Source of the DNA: Squalus acanthias
Taxonomy: Eukaryota
Assembly: GCA_030390025.1 (NCBI GenBank)
Contig: CM059433.1
Span: forward strand, 26,290,001-26,354,000
Direction of reading: 5' to 3'
DNA length: 64,000 bases
Shown: piece by piece, positions 12,878 through 25,777 of the stretch
How the letters are laid out: each line of letters starts with the position of its first letter
Position numbering within the stretch: the first letter of the stretch is position 1
Position numbers and translations under genes: made by a program
Notes under the pieces: generated by a model
Databases searched by the model: none
What the model saw: the letters and a program-made list of their open reading frames with translations, nothing else
Told to the model about the DNA's origin: nothing

Positions 12878-13318
12878 CTCCCAAGATCAGTAGACCTGCA
12901 AATGTTTTCCAAGACCTGAAAAAACAAAGTTCTGCCACCTGCAACTGAGCCTTGTTGAGAGCTCTGTTTTTATGCTGGAGCTGCAGCCGTCAAGAAGGCA
13001 GCCACTTGTGAACCTGACACAATTAGCTGGCGTGGTTTGAGAATGACGTGGAACATGCTGAAAATATGATAAAATTTAAAATGACAGGCAAAATAGGATT
13101 TCACAGGCAGTTAACAAGCAGTTAACTGCTTTAAGGACCTGTGCCGCTGCTTGGTGGCGGGACCGAACGGGAATCTGTGAGCCCGCCTTTGGCAAAGTTG
13201 CACAGAGGCGGGTTGACGGCAGGATCGGAACCCGCCAGCATTTTTAGCCATTTTACCACCTGACCCGCCTCCAAACCCGCCTCCTCAGTGCTGGTAAAAT
13301 CGAGCCCTATGACTCTAT

Positions 13319-14184
13319 GGGCTGGATTTTACCTGCCGAGATGAGTTGGGGGCGGGACTACTGTCTTCCGGGTTATAGTCCCGCCCCCAGCGACGTCTGA
13401 CGCACAGACACTATTTTCCCCTGATTGGCCTTGTTAAGCCCGCCCTGTGGGCTTGCTGGTCAATTAAGGGAAAGCCGGTGTCAGATGACGTCAGTTGATG
13501 ACGCTTCATCTGCCGGTTTTCTTAAAGGGACATGAACCATTTATTTTTGACAAATGATTTGACAGTGTTTGGAAGCATTAAGGTGCTGTCAAACACTGAC
13601 AATCACTGTACAAAGGTGACCTCTTGTATCCAGGCTCTCCAATGACTCTCTCCTTAGGATAAAACAGATGGCAGCTACAGGTGAGGGTACAGAAGCGATC
13701 TGTCACTTCTCCCAATGAGGTGAGGCCACACAAACACTTCAAAGCTTGTCACCTACAGAAAAATCTAAACACATTAAAAATGACTTTCCCAATATTTCCT
13801 TACCTCTGATACTCACCAGTGTCCCATTGCATCCTTCACACCACTTTTGCAGCTGTCATCTATACACAAACATTACAACAGACCCACAGCACGCCTCACT
13901 TACCCTGGCGGGTTTCCCCGACGTCGGGAAGCCCACAGCAGAAGTCTCAAATGGGAAAAAGCCTCTTAACTGCCTGTTAACTACCTGTTAACAGGCAGTT
14001 AAGTGGCTATAATCATTTTCCCGCCGCTAGGAGTCGGGTCCCTGCACAAATCGGGGACCCGACTCCCGGGAAGATTGGTTGGAGGCAGGTTGGGAGCAGG
14101 TTCGGGACCCGCTCTCATTCTTTTTGATTTTCCCAGCAGTCCTGCCTCCAAACCCACCTCCTCAGGGCTGGTAAAATCCAGCCC
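13319..14184. mobile_element. Non-autonomous Harbinger H2 (866 bp)
   Basis: Perfect 15-bp TIR GGGCTGGATTTTACC, TSD TAT, subterminal similarity to H1. Confidence 0.9.
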
Positions 14185-14734
14185 TATGACTCTATGACCC
14201 TGTCTGGCATGTAGTTCCAAAAATGCATCAGCCTTGAGGAAGGAAATTACTTCTACTGTTTCTAATTAACTTTTTACCAAATATATTTCTATTCTACTCT
14301 TTGGTCTTATTTGAAAGTAATTTTGGGGTTAGAATAATAGAATGTTACTGCATAGAAACAGGCCATTTCGCCCATCAAGTCTGTACTAGTGTTTTTCTTC
14401 GCATGAACCATCTAATTTAATCCCACTGTCCTGCTCACTCCCTATAATGTTAAAGTAATTTTAGAAAATTATAGTCAGAGCATCCACTTTTTCTTTCATA
14501 GTCTCCTTATGAATCCTCAGATGTAAACCATCAGGTACAACTGCTACGTCTACCTTAAGTTTTGGTAACTTCTTTAGTATCACGTCTCATTTGAATGATA
14601 ACATTCACTAACTGTTTTACACTCCCCTCTGGTGGGCCCATAATCTCAATATCCAGCTCCTCTGAAACTGGAGGTGAAGTTACTTGCTCAGGATCTCTGT
14701 CATTCCTTCATTCTCCACTATAAGCTTGTCTCCC

Positions 14735-14900
14735 TTTTTTGCTCTTGGGATGTGGGCAATGTGGGCAAGGCCACATTGATTGCCATCCTTCGCTGCCCTG
14801 AGGAGGTGGTGGTGGGTCTTCTGCTTCAGCTGCGGCAGTCCTTGTGATGATGCTACTCACACAATGGTGCTAGGTAGGCCATTCCAAGATTTTGATCCAG
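14735..14900 (-). mobile_element. Old LINE 3' end fragment
   Basis: Degenerate version of the gggcaataaatgctggccttgcc..cccacatcc tail also seen at 25900-25975 and 32760-32850. Confidence 0.55.
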
Positions 14901-16459
14901 CACCTCTACCTTTATTTTAATGACCCACTTACTACCAATGTATCTATACAATGCCACTTTAATGCTCTTTGGGGTTTTTTCTAATTTTCTCTCACACACA
15001 GTCTTTCAAATCCCCCTTTTAGTAGCTTTGCTATATTCTTTATATTTGTTATGGCTTTCTTTCTGGAATGATTCCATTTTGTAATTTCAAGTTTGATCTA
15101 ATCTATTAATCCTACTAATCCATGGAACTCCAGCCTTTGGTACACACCTTTCTTCCTGCAATACACTTGATTTGTCCCCTTACCATTTGTTATTTAAATA
15201 TTTTCCATTACTGCTCTACAGTAATATTTGCCAACTTTTCCTATCATTTAATCTGGGCCAGGTCTCTTTTCATCTTGCTATAATTTGTTATTTCCAGTCA
15301 AGTACCCATTCCTTGACTTTTTTTCCCTTTCCTTTTCGATTCTTACATTGAACCTAATTATATTGGCCCAAAAATTAGACCTAATACGCGAGAGTACGCA
15401 CTGTGTACTCTCGCGTTTTAGGTCTCCAATTGCCGGTTTCCTGCATGCACTGCGCATGCGCGGGAAACCGGCACTTCGTGAATTCAAAAGGGGGCGGTTC
15501 CTAAGTGAACCGCGTGCGCGCTACAGGCTGCGCGCACGCAGTGCACTTAGTTATTTTTGCAGCTTTGAACGCGCAGGTAAGCATGGAAGATATTACACAT
15601 GAAGAAAGGAGGCGTAAGACCCTCTTTTAACAAGGTAAGTAGCTAATTAAGTATTATTTTAAATTTTTTTCAACAGGTTTATCTTTTTTAGAGACTTTAA
15701 AGAAAGGTAAGTTTATTTTTATAACTTTTAAAAAGATTTTAAATTTTTTCAAAAATTTAATTTTTTGTTTAAAGTGGTTAATTTATTTAACTATAGTTAT
15801 TTTATTAATGTGATGGCTTTTTAAAAAAAAATTTAATTGAGGTTTAGCTGTTCTTTTGGGGGTGTGTAGGATTCATAGCTTTGACAGCTTTGAATACTGT
15901 TGAGGGGGACGACTTACCAGTGGTAAGCCACGGTGACCGGATCTCCGGCGCTGGGTCCGTCCCTGTGGCTCAGAAGGGAAGGGGGGAGAGCAGGAGAGCA
16001 ATAGTTATTGGGGACTCAATAGTCAGAGGGACAGATAGGAGGTTCTGTGGCAGCAAAAGAGACTCATGGATGGTATGTTGCCTCCCGGGTGCCAGGGTCC
16101 GTGACGTCTCGGACCGTGTTTTCAGAATCCTCAAAGGGGAAGGGGAACAATCACAAGTCGTGGTACACATCGGTACCAACGACATAGGTAGGAGAAGGGA
16201 CGGGGATTTAAAACAGGAATTTAGGGAGCTAGGTTGGAAGCTGAGAGCCAGTACAAACCATGTTGTAATTTCTGGTTTGTTGCCGGTGCCACGTGCTAGC
16301 GAGTTGAGGAACAGGGAGAGAGTGCAGATAAACACGTGGCTGCAGGGATGGTGTAGGGGGGAGGGTTTCAGTTATGTGGATAATTGGAGCACATTCTGGG
16401 GAAGGTGGGACCTGTACAAACAGGACGGTTTGCACCTGAACCAGAGGGGCACCAATATC

Positions 16460-16894
16460 ATAGAAACATAGAAACATAGAATCTAGGAGCAGGAGTAGGC
16501 CATTCGGCCCGTCGAGCCTGCTCCACCATTCAATACGATCATGGCTGATCATCCAAATCCAGTACCCTGTCCCTGCTTTAATCCCCACAGTACACATATC
16601 CCACCCTACCCCCATAACCCCACGTATTTAATTCCCCCTAACATATCCCATCCTATCCCCATAACCCCACATATTTAATCCCCCCCTAACACTAAGGGTC
16701 AATTTATCATAGCCAAATCAACCTAACCCACACATTTTTGGACTGTGGGAGGAAACCGGAGCACCCGGAGGAAACCCACGCAGACACGGGGAGAATGTGC
16801 AAACTCCACACAGACAGTCACCCGAGGTCAGATTCGAATCCGGGTCTCTGGTGCTGTGAGGCACCAGTGCTAACCACTATGCCACCGTGTTGCC
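16460..16894 (-). mobile_element. HE1-like V-SINE inserted in CR1 ORF1
   Basis: tRNA head (TGGCATAGTGG, GGATTCGAATC), V core tgtgtggagtttgcacattctccccgtgtctgcgtgggtttcctccggg, CR1-type tail (TATGTTTC)n. Removing it restores ...GTNI|LGGKFATALRGGLN*. Confidence 0.92.
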
Positions 16895-16939
16895 CTGGGA
16901 GGGAAATTTGCTACGGCTCTTCGGGGGGGTTTAAACTAA

Positions 16940-19836
16940 TTTGTCAGGGGGATGGGAAAAAGGGCTGTAGTCCACGAGCCAGTGGTGAGTGTAGGGAGGT
17001 ACTGAGGAGGGTATCAAGGTCGCAGGAATGTACCGGCAGACAGGAAGATGGCTTGAAGTGTGTCTACTTCAATGCAAGGAGCATCCGGAATAAGGTAGGA
17101 GAACTTGGAGCGTGGATTGGTACTTGGGACTACGATGTGGTGGCCATTACGGAGACATGGTTAGAACAGGGACAGGAATGGTTGTTGGAAGTTCCGGGGT
17201 ATAGATGTTTCAGTAAGAGTAGGGAAGTTGGTAAGAAAGGTGGAGGAGTAGCATTGTTAATCAAGGATAGTTTAACAGCGGCAGAAAGGCAGTTCGAGGG
17301 GGATCTGCCGTCTGAGGTAATATGGGCTGAAGTTAGAAATAGGAAAGGAGCGGTCACGTTGTTAGGAGTTTTCTACAGGCCCCCAAATAGTAATAAAGAT
17401 GTGGAGGAAGAAATTGCAAAGCAGATTATGAATAGGTGTGGAGGTCACAGAGTAGTTGTCATGGGTGACTTCAACTTTCCAAATATTGATTGGAACCTTT
17501 ATAGGTCAAACAGTTCGGATGGGATAGTTTTTGCACAGTGTGTGCAGGAGGGTTTCCTGACACAATATGTGGATAGGCCGACAAGAGGTGGGGCCACGTT
17601 GGATTTGGTACTGGGTAATGAACCGGGCCAAGTGTTTGATTTGTATGTGGGAGAGCACTTTGGAGATAGTGACCACAATTCGGTAACTTTCACTATTGCA
17701 ATGGAGAGGGATAGGGCCATACGGCAGGGCAGGGTTTATAATTGGGGGAGGGGTAATTATGATGCGATTAGGCAAGAATTAGGGAGTATAAGATGGGAAC
17801 AGAAACTATCAGGGAAAGGCACAAACGAAAAGTGGAGCTTTTTCATGGAGCAATTACTGCGTGTCCTTGATAGGTATGTCCCTGTCAGGCAGGGAGGAAA
17901 TGGCCGAGTGAGAGAACCATGGTTCACAAAAGAGGTTGAATGTCTAGTCAAGAGGAAAAAGGAAGCGTATGTAAGGATGAGAAAACAAGGTTCAGTTGGG
18001 TCGATTGAGGGGTACAAGGTAGCAAGGAATGAGCTAAAAAAAGAGCTTAGGAGAGCTAGGAGGGGGCATGAGAAGTCCTTGGCGGGTCGGATCAAGAAAA
18101 ACCCCAAGGCTTTTTACTCTTATGTGAGAAATAAAAGAATGACCAGGGTGAGGGTAGGGCCGGTCAAGGACAGTAGTGGGAACTTGTGCATGGAGTCAGA
18201 AGAGATAGGAGAGGTGATGAATGAATACTTTTCGTCAGTGTTCACCGAGGAGAGGGGCCATGTTCTTGAGGATGAGAGTGTGATAAAGGTGGATAGGCTG
18301 GAGGTGGTAGATGTTCTGAGGGAAGATGTTTTAGCAATTTTGAAGAACCTGAGGGTCGATAAGTCCCCTGGGCCAGATGGGATATATCCTAGGATTCTTT
18401 GGGAGGCAAGGGAGGAGATTGCAGAGCCTCTGGCTTTGATCTTTGGGTCCTCACTGTCCACGGGGATGGTGCCAGAGGACTGGAGAGTGGCGAATGTTGT
18501 TCCTCTCTTCAAGAAAGGAAATAGGAATGACCCTGGTAATTATAGGCCGGTTAGTCTTACTTCGGTGGTTGGTAAGATAATGGAAAAGGTCCTGAGGGAT
18601 AGGATTTATGACCATTTGGAAAGGGGCAACTTAATCAGGGATAGTCAACACGAATTCGTGAAGGGTAAGTCTTGCCTAACAAATTTGATTGAATTCTTTG
18701 AGGAGGTAACTAAGTGTGTAGATGAAGGTAGAGCAGTTGATGTCGTATACATGGATTTTAGTAAGGCGTTTGATAAGGTTCCCCATGGTCTTCTCATGAA
18801 GAAAGTAAGGAGTTGTGGGATAGAGGGAAATTTGGCCGATTGGATAAGTAACTGGCTATCTCATAGAAGGCAGAGGGTGGTGGTGGATGGAACATTTTCG
18901 GACTGGAGACCAGTTACCAGCGGTGTGCCACAGGGGTCGGTGCTGGGTCCTCTGCTGTTTGTGATTTTTATCAATGACTTGGAGGAGGGGACTGAAGGGT
19001 GGATCAGTAAATTTGCTGATGACACCAAGATTGGTGGAGTAGTGGATGAGGTGGAGGGCAGTTGTAGGCTGCAAAGAGACATTGATAGGATGCAGAGCTG
19101 GGCCGAAAAATGGCAGATGGAATTTAACCCTGATAAGTGCGAGGTGATTCATTTTGGTAGGGCAAATTTGAATAAGGATTACAGGGTCAACGGCAGGGTT
19201 CTGAGGAACGTGGAGGAGCAGAGGGATCTGGGGGTTCATATCCACAGATCTCTGAAGGTTGCCACTCAAGTGGATAGAGCAGTAAAGAAGGCCTATGGTG
19301 TGTTGGCATTTATTAACAGAGGGTTTGAGTTTAAGAACCGTGAGGTTATGCTGCAACTGTACAGGATCTTGGTGAGACCACATTTGGAATATTGTGTGCA
19401 GTTCTGGTCACCTCACTATAGGAAGGACGTGGAAGCATTGGAAAGAGTGCAAAGGAGATTTACCAGGATGCTGCCTGGTTTGGGGGGGAGGTCTTATGAG
19501 GAAAGATTGAGGGAGTTGGGGCTTTTCTCTTTAGAGCGGAGGAGGATGAGAGGCGACTTAATAGAGGTTTATAAGATGATGAGGGGGATAGATAGAGTGG
19601 ATGTTCAGAGACTATTTCCTCGGGTAGAGGCAGCTGTTACAAGGGGGCATAACTATAAGGTGCATGGGGGGAGATATAGAAGGGATGTCCGAGGTAGATT
19701 CTTTACTCAGAGAGTGGTTGGGGTGTGGAATGGACTGCCTGCTGTGATAGTGGAGTCGGACACTTTAGGAACTTTCAAGCGGTTATTGGATAAGCACATG
19801 GAGCACACCAGAGTGATAGGGAGTGTGATAGCTTGA
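16940..19836 (+). CDS. CR1 ORF2 (APE endonuclease + reverse transcriptase), open frame
   Basis: NARS, ITETW, GDFN, SDH, PQGSVLGP and FADD motifs with no stop. The 5' part of the tracked ORF (16738-16894) is SINE sequence. Confidence 0.9.
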
Positions 19837-20194
19837 TCTTGGTCTCGGACAATGCTCGGCACAACATCGAGGGCCAAAGGGCCTGTACTGTGCTGTAATG
19901 TAATGTTCTATGAAAGATGGTGTGCTGCCATTGGCTCTAACTGAATCACGTGATCCCAGAGCTCGCACGAACTAATTGCGTCTCTGGGTCACGCAAGCAC
20001 TGCACAGCTGCATGTGGGACTGGCCTTGAAACTAAAGTTCGTGTGGGCCCGGAGGAAAAAGGTAGGCGCGGAGTGAGATATCGCGGGGAAGCCTTACCCC
20101 CACGCGAACACTCACTGTTTAATTTCTGGGCCATTGTGTTCACTGTTGCCCGCATGTCCTCTTACGTTCAGGTTGCCTACTTCCTCCATTTCAT

Positions 20195-22175
20195 TACATA
20201 GATACATAGATACATAGAAGATAGGAGCAGGAGTAGGCCATCTGGCCCTTCGAGCCTGCTCCGCCATTTAATGAGATCATGGCTGATCCTCCAATTCAGT
20301 ATCCCGTCCCCGCCTTCTCTCCGTAACCCTTAACCCCTTTTGCCTGTAGAAATATATCTAATTCCCTCTTAAATATATTTAATGAGCTGGCGTACACTGC
20401 CCTCTGTGGCAATGAGTTCCACAGGTTCACCACCCTCTGAGTGAAGAAATTCCCCCTCATTTCTGTCCTAAATGGTTTAGCCCTTATCCTTAAATTATGT
20501 CCTCTAGTTCTGTTCTCACACGCCAAGGGAAACATTCCTTCTGCATCTAGTCTGTCTAGACCTGTCAGAATTTTATACACTTCTATGAGGTCCCCTCTCA
20601 ATCTTCTAAACTCCAGTGTGTACATCCCTAAACTACATAGTCTCTCCTCATAGGTCAATCCCGCCATTCCTGGTATCAGCCTGGTGAATCACCGCTGCAC
20701 CCCCTCCATGGCAAGAACATCTTTCCTCAGATGAGGCGACCAAAACTGTACACAGTACTCGAGGTGTGGTCTCACCAGTGCCCTGTACAGCTGCAGCAAG
20801 GTATCCCTGTTCCTGTATTCCAACCCTTTTGCTATGAAGGCCAGCATACCGTTTGCCTTCTTGACCGCCTGTTGCACCTGCATGCTCGCCTTCAGTGACT
20901 GGTGTACAAGAACACCCAGGTCTCTCTGTACTTCCCCCTCTCCCAATTTATTGCCATTTAAATAATAATTTGCCCTCCCGTTCCTGCACCCAAGGTGGAT
21001 AACTTCGCACTTGTCCACATTATAGTGCATCTGCCATTTATCCGCCCAATCACCCAGTCTGTCCAAATCGCTCTGGAGCTTCCTGGTCTCCTCCTCTGAG
21101 CCCACCCCCCCTCCTAGTTTAGTGTCGTCTGCAAATTTGGAAATGCTGCATCCGACTCCCTGATCCAGGTCATTAATGTAAATTGTGAACAGCTGGGGAC
21201 CCAGGACAGATCCCTGCGGTACCCCACTTGTTACTGCCTGCCATTCAGAAAATGAGCCGTTTATTCCAACTCTCTGTTTTCTATCTGACAGCCAGTTCTC
21301 TATCCACGTCAATACTTTCCCCTTTATCCCATGAGCTTCAATTTTCCATGCTAATCTTTTATGTGGGACCTTGTCGAAGGCCTTTTGGAAGTCCAGGTAC
21401 ACCACATCTACTGGCTCTCCCCCATCTATTTTACCAGTTACTCCCTCAAAAAATTCCAATAGATTCGTCAAGCACGATTTACCCTTTGTAAATCCATGTT
21501 GACTCTGTCCTATCCTGTCCCCATTTGCTAAGTGCTCCGCTATTTCATCCTTAATGATGGACTCCAGCATTTTGCCCACAACTGATGTAAGGCTTACAGG
21601 TCTGTAATTACCTGCTTTTTCCCTACCCCCCTTTTTGAATAGTGGGGTAACGTTAGCTACCCTCCAATCCATGGGCACCGTTCCCGAGTCTAATGAATTC
21701 TGAAAAATCATACTTAGTGCATCCGCTATCTCTAGGGCCACCTCCTTCAGTACCCTAGGATGCATGTTATCAGGCCCTGGGGATTTGTCCGCCTTCAATC
21801 CCTTTAGCTTCCTTAACACCATATCCTTAGAGATATTGATTTGCGTCAGTTCCTCCTTTGCCAATGTCCCTATTTTTCCCGATATCCCAGGGAGGTTTTT
21901 TGTGTCTTCCTTCGTAAAGACTGACCCAAAGTATGCATTTAGTTGGTCTGCCATTTCCTTATTTCCCGTTATATATTCCCCCGTATCTGACTGCAATGGA
22001 CCAACTTTGGTTTTCACCAGTCTTTTCCTCTTGATATACTTATAAAAGCTTTTGGAGTTAGTTTTTATATTTTCCGCCAGCTTGCTTTCGTAAGCTATTT
22101 TGCCCCTCTTGATTAAGCCCTTTGTCCTCCTTTGCTCTATCTTAAACTGTTCCCAATCTTCCGCTCTGGCGCTAG
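20195..22175 (-). mobile_element. 5'-truncated CR1 LINE (RT region, one premature stop at 20689)
   Basis: ORFs 20689-22017 and 20296-20667 are in the same frame; tail (TATGTATC)n. Confidence 0.95.
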
Positions 22176-23247
22176 AACCATGTCAAGTAGTGCGTCACTC
22201 CTTGTCAGAGTAGCAACAAAATGACTTAGAAAACAAATAAACCTCAAATATTTTCCCTATCCCAATCTATTTTTGGAAAATTAAAATTTCTGATAATTAA
22301 TACACTCTTCACTAATTTGTCTACAAATTCAATCCTCAATTTGCTTTCCATTGTCTGACAGTTTCTAACATACTCCCAGGAATGTGCCTGAACTCTTGCA
22401 CTTTTTCAGCTCAATCCAAAGGGATTCTGTTTGGATGAAAATGTGCTATTTAAATCCTTATGGTTTAGTGTTTTGATATTGCCTCTCATTAATACTGCTA
22501 CACTTGCTTCCTTTCCGCTCCCTCCTGAAAGTTTTATAACCTGGAATATTTAATTCCCAATCTGACCCAGCTGCATCCACATTTCAGTTACTTTCTATTT
22601 TCATCAATTAATTTAGTTCTCCAATTTTGATTTGTTTGACACTCTTTTGGGAGCTGAAGGAAGGTGTTGCTAGGGTGCAACTTCAGGATTTAAAGCTCGA
22701 CTGCCTTTGAAGGGGAAACAGCAGTCAAGAGGATTTGAAATGGCTCCAGCTGAGGTATTAAAGAAGAGCAGCAAATTTCAGAGAGTGATGTTCATCTCCT
22801 TAACAAAATTAGAAAAGCAGGGATGTCATTATCGACGTGGCAGGCAAGAAATCAGCCAATACAGCAGCAAGGGTCATGTGAAGGTGACACAGGAAGTGAG
22901 TGACAGCTGTCTAACCCCCGGGACCCCTTCCAATGCAGGAAGACGTTTAATGACTTCACAAAGTCAGCAAAGGTATGTGCTCCGGCTGCAAGCTGCCATT
23001 AATCTGTATATATGTACCTTTTAGACAGTAGGCCAACATTAACACAAAAAGTGTGGTCACTAACTTAAGGGTATCGCCTGAATCACTAAATGAACTACAG
23101 TGCCTCCTTCATATGGATGCTATATATAAATGCTACAGCATCCATCCAACAATGCATGCGTGTCCATAAAAACCTCACTTTCTTTGTTGGAACTCCATAA
23201 GAGGAATAATGAGAGTTCACAAATAGTTGTCAAATGAAACACTCTCC

Positions 23248-23641
23248 TTAGAGCATAGAAGGGTATGAGGAGATTTGATCGAGGTGTTCAAAATCATGAA
23301 GGGTTTTGATAGAGTAAATAAGGAGAAACTGTTTCCAGTAGCAGAAGGTCCGGTAACCAGAGGAGACAGATTTAAGGTGATGGACAAAAGAACCAGAGGC
23401 GACATGAGGAAACATTTCTTTACACAGCGAGTTGTTGTGATATGGAATGCACTGTCTGAAAGGGTGGTGGAAGCAGATTCAATAATAACTTTCAAAAGGG
23501 AATTAGGTAAATACTTGAAGGGAAAACATTTACAGGGCTATGGGGAAAGAGTAGGGGAGTGGAAAAATTGGATAGGTCTACCAAAGAGCCGGCACAGCAC
23601 GATAGGCTGAATGGCCTCCATTTACACTGTATGATACTATG
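23248..23641 (+). mobile_element. CR1 3' fragment
   Basis: GDLIEVFKIMKG...FFTQRVV..WNAL plus 3' UTR. Confidence 0.9.
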
Positions 23642-23811
23642 CCTGACAGGAACGAGCATTCTTTTCTCATGCAGGAAAGAAGTTGCTCACAATTTGAGAA
23701 TGACAGGCAACAGGAGGAGGGACAGGAAACAGCCACTTCTTAAACCAGTTGGAGGAAGAGACAACAGAAATCATGGGGCTCGCTCTGCTACAGCTGTAGG
23801 GATACAGACAG

Positions 23812-24400
23812 GGGGGTCAATAGTAACACCCCACAATGGTCAGGATAGGGTCGGGGGGGTTCAAAATGAAAAATCAGGGAACTACGGAGGCGGGTAGCAT
23901 GGCGTACGTGTGTCCCGTCTTGGAAAGGTGGGACACTTCATTATAATATTTAAATCAGGCTCCCACAGTGCAGTTGATTTAAGTTTAACTGCTGCCGGCC
24001 GGATTTCCCAGGGCTCGGGAAACCCAGCAGCAAAATGGAGATGGGAGCAGCCAGCTCCAGTAGGTAAGTGCTTTGTAGAAAACTCAGTGTGGGCCAGGAG
24101 GAGTAGGAGTGCTGCCCCCAGTCCCTCAAGCAAACCTTTGGCCACAATCGGATGACCCCCCACCCCCCACCTCTCCTGTCCCCAACGGTCCCTGGCTGAG
24201 GCCTCCTGCCGCTGGCTTTCCTGCCCGGCAGCCAGCCAGCCTGTCAATTTGGCCAGCTGCCAGGGCGGGAAACATAAGAAGAAAATGATAATGAGGTCCT
24301 GCTGAATCTCCAGGTTACCCGCCACCTGCCTCCCCTCCCCCACCCCCCCACTACTGCCCTCCCTCCACACTCACCTCCCACCCCTGTAAATATCGGGGCC
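23812..24400. mobile_element. Non-autonomous Harbinger-like element (same family as 58077-59128, opposite orientation)
   Basis: Shares the ggtaagtg..tgtgggcca.gaggag.aggagtgct and ccggcagccagccagcc blocks; ends in gtaaatatcggggcc. Confidence 0.65.
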
Positions 24401-25300
24401 ATGGAAGGACCTGCACCCACAAATGGTTTGTGCTGACCAAGTGGTAATGTTCAAATATCAAAAAAAAATCTAATTTTTGAGAGTCATTCTCTGAGGAGGC
24501 ATGAGCTTGACAATAATGGAAAAAGGCAGACAGCAGGAAGCTCATGATTTTCTGATTTTTTAAAGATCTCCATAGAAACTGAAAGGAAGAAAGATACAGC
24601 AGAGAGAGAAGGAACCAATGCCAGAACCTTCAACATCTGGCACTGCTGGAAGAAGTTGATCCACTCTGTCATAAGCCCTATCAGTTGCACTCAGAGCCCA
24701 GAGAGATTCACTCGGGATAATAGTGATTGTTTTAGATGAGAACTGACATATGGTAATGCCAGAAAATGAGGTACTGGACATGGAAAGTGATGTTCCTGAG
24801 GGGAGGCTGAGGAGATATTAGCCCCTGGCTGTTGAACATTCAATTGATTATTTCAGAGGTCCTCCCAAAAAGAAGACAAATGTTGCAGAGCATCAGAACC
24901 ATATGAATGCACTGCAATCCTCGCTGTGTGGTAGGTGGCAGGGCTGATGGTAGAGTCCAATGCCATTCATGTGACAATATCAGAGGGCTTTTCATCAATG
25001 CAGTGCTAGCTGGAGTGAGTGACAGCTGCAGCAACATCTGCATCAGAGGCCTGCAGGCATATAAAATATCAGGGCACCATCTCTGAGAAATTGAAGGGTA
25101 TCTGATATACTCTCTCAGGATCTAATAGATATTCTATGATGTCTGTTATCTGGCAAATCAATGACCACCAATATCTTGTTCCCATCTCTAGTGGCAGAGA
25201 AGGAGACTGCTTTGCCTCAGGTCAGCAGCACAGGAGATCTCTCTTCTCAGTCCCTTAAGATGCTTTAGTAGGTGGAAGAAAGCCAGCAGACCAAGGCAGT

Positions 25301-25667
25301 GGATCAGTGTTGGGGCCTCAGCTATTTACAATCGATATTAATGACCTAGATGAAAGGACCGAGTGTAATGTATCCAAGTTTGCTGATGATACAAAGCTAG
25401 GTGGGTCAGTAAGCTGTGAGGAGAACACAAATGCCCCAACATTGATCCTTGCGGCACCCCACTAGTTACAGCCTACCAACCTGAAAAAGATCCGTTTATC
25501 CCTACTCTCTGTTTTCTGTCCGTTAACCAATCCTCTATCCATGCTACTATATTACCCCCAACCCCATGAGCCCTAATCTTGTGCAATAATCTTTTATGTG
25601 GCACCTTATCAAATGCGTTTTGGAAATCCAAATATACTTCATCCACTGGTTCCCCTTTATCTACCCT
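25301..25667. mobile_element. Rearranged internal CR1 RT fragment (25301-25431 +, 25433-25667 -)
   Basis: [19 protein letters not shown] on the plus strand, abutting DKGEPVD..PQGS on the minus strand. Confidence 0.85.
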
Positions 25668-25777
25668 ACAGTATATGGACACTGTACTGTCGAAGGATTA
25701 ATAAATCATGGTAAGTTCCTGTATAGTGGCCACTAATGTGTAGAAATCTGTACCTGTAGTCACACAGTAATTGGACA

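Larger units (their letters stand above)
8932..13307. mobile_element. Full-length PIF/Harbinger transposon H1 (defective)
   Basis: Imperfect TIRs gaccgcgattttac / gtaaaatcgagccc, TSD TAT, convergent Myb/SANT and transposase genes. Confidence 0.93.
15884..19912 (+). mobile_element. CR1 LINE, 5'-truncated in ORF1 (SGNH esterase), with uninterrupted ORF2
   Basis: ORF1 motifs GDS, GTND and DGLH, followed by ORF2 APE+RT and a 3' tail taatgtaatgttctatg. Confidence 0.96.
15365..20132. mobile_element. Harbinger MITE copy 2, split by a CR1 insertion (parts 15365-15887 and 19913-20132)
   Basis: TIRs GGCCCAAAAATT / AATTTCTGGGCC, TSD ATT. Both parts align with 6497-7253. Confidence 0.85.

Noticed and set aside
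16738..16939. N-terminal extension of the 1032-aa ORF
   Set aside because: Antisense SINE sequence plus the end of ORF1, in frame by chance.
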